From Podarcis gaigeae (lineage: Eukaryota), in the NCBI GenBank assembly GCA_964106915.2, contig OZ066926.1: 64,000 bases of DNA, one strand, 5' to 3'. Every line of letters begins with the position of its first letter. Positions within the stretch are counted from its first letter, which is position 1. Made by a program: the position numbers and the translations under genes. Below are positions 63,905 to 64,000 of the stretch, piece after piece. The notes beneath the pieces were generated by a model, which was given only the letters and a program-made list of their open reading frames with translations, was not told the DNA's origin and ran no database searches.

Positions 63905-64000
63905 CTGGGAATCAAAGCAGCGGCCAAAGGAAATTAAGGCTGGATCTACACTGGTTGCAAAAATGCTATAAAAAATAAGCAATAATAACTCTTAAGGCAA

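Noticed and set aside
1-64000. Recurrent palindromic motifs (ggactacaactcccatcatcc, gaatcctgggaactgtag) as a CRISPR-like array or novel repeat system
   Set aside because: Dispersed and irregularly spaced, and one intact copy has TIRs and an 8-bp TSD, so these are ordinary MITE families

Overview
Vertebrate genomic DNA, almost certainly from a squamate (inferred lacertid-type lizard, from several Sauria SINEs plus BovB, CR1, L2, Rex1 and Penelope remnants). It has two assembly gaps. Three spliced genes, reconstructed by hand from GT-AG boundaries and reading-frame phase, correspond to the human 19q13.33 neighbourhood: (1) a netrin, best read as NTN5, on the minus strand (three coding exons, 7654->3255; 3' exons not located); (2) a complete 9-coding-exon IZUMO1-type sperm-egg fusion gene on the plus strand (39634-55226, 1017 nt CDS, 338 aa, including a 21-nt microexon); (3) the last four coding exons of MAMSTR on the minus strand (63904->59807). 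Most interesting: the IZUMO1 lacks the residues mammals use to bind JUNO, has an extra Cys pair and a strongly acidic tail, has a perfect 24-bp double-CRE-like palindrome just upstream of the ATG, and sits where human has FUT2. NTN5 keeps a full laminin VI domain and MAMSTR keeps a myocardin-type coiled coil, both reduced in the human proteins. A solo LTR with TSD and a tail-less LINE RT fragment flanked by a 15-bp duplication are also present. No CRISPR, rRNA or true tRNA was found. Comparisons with human proteins and repeat families come from recalled sequences, not from searches.
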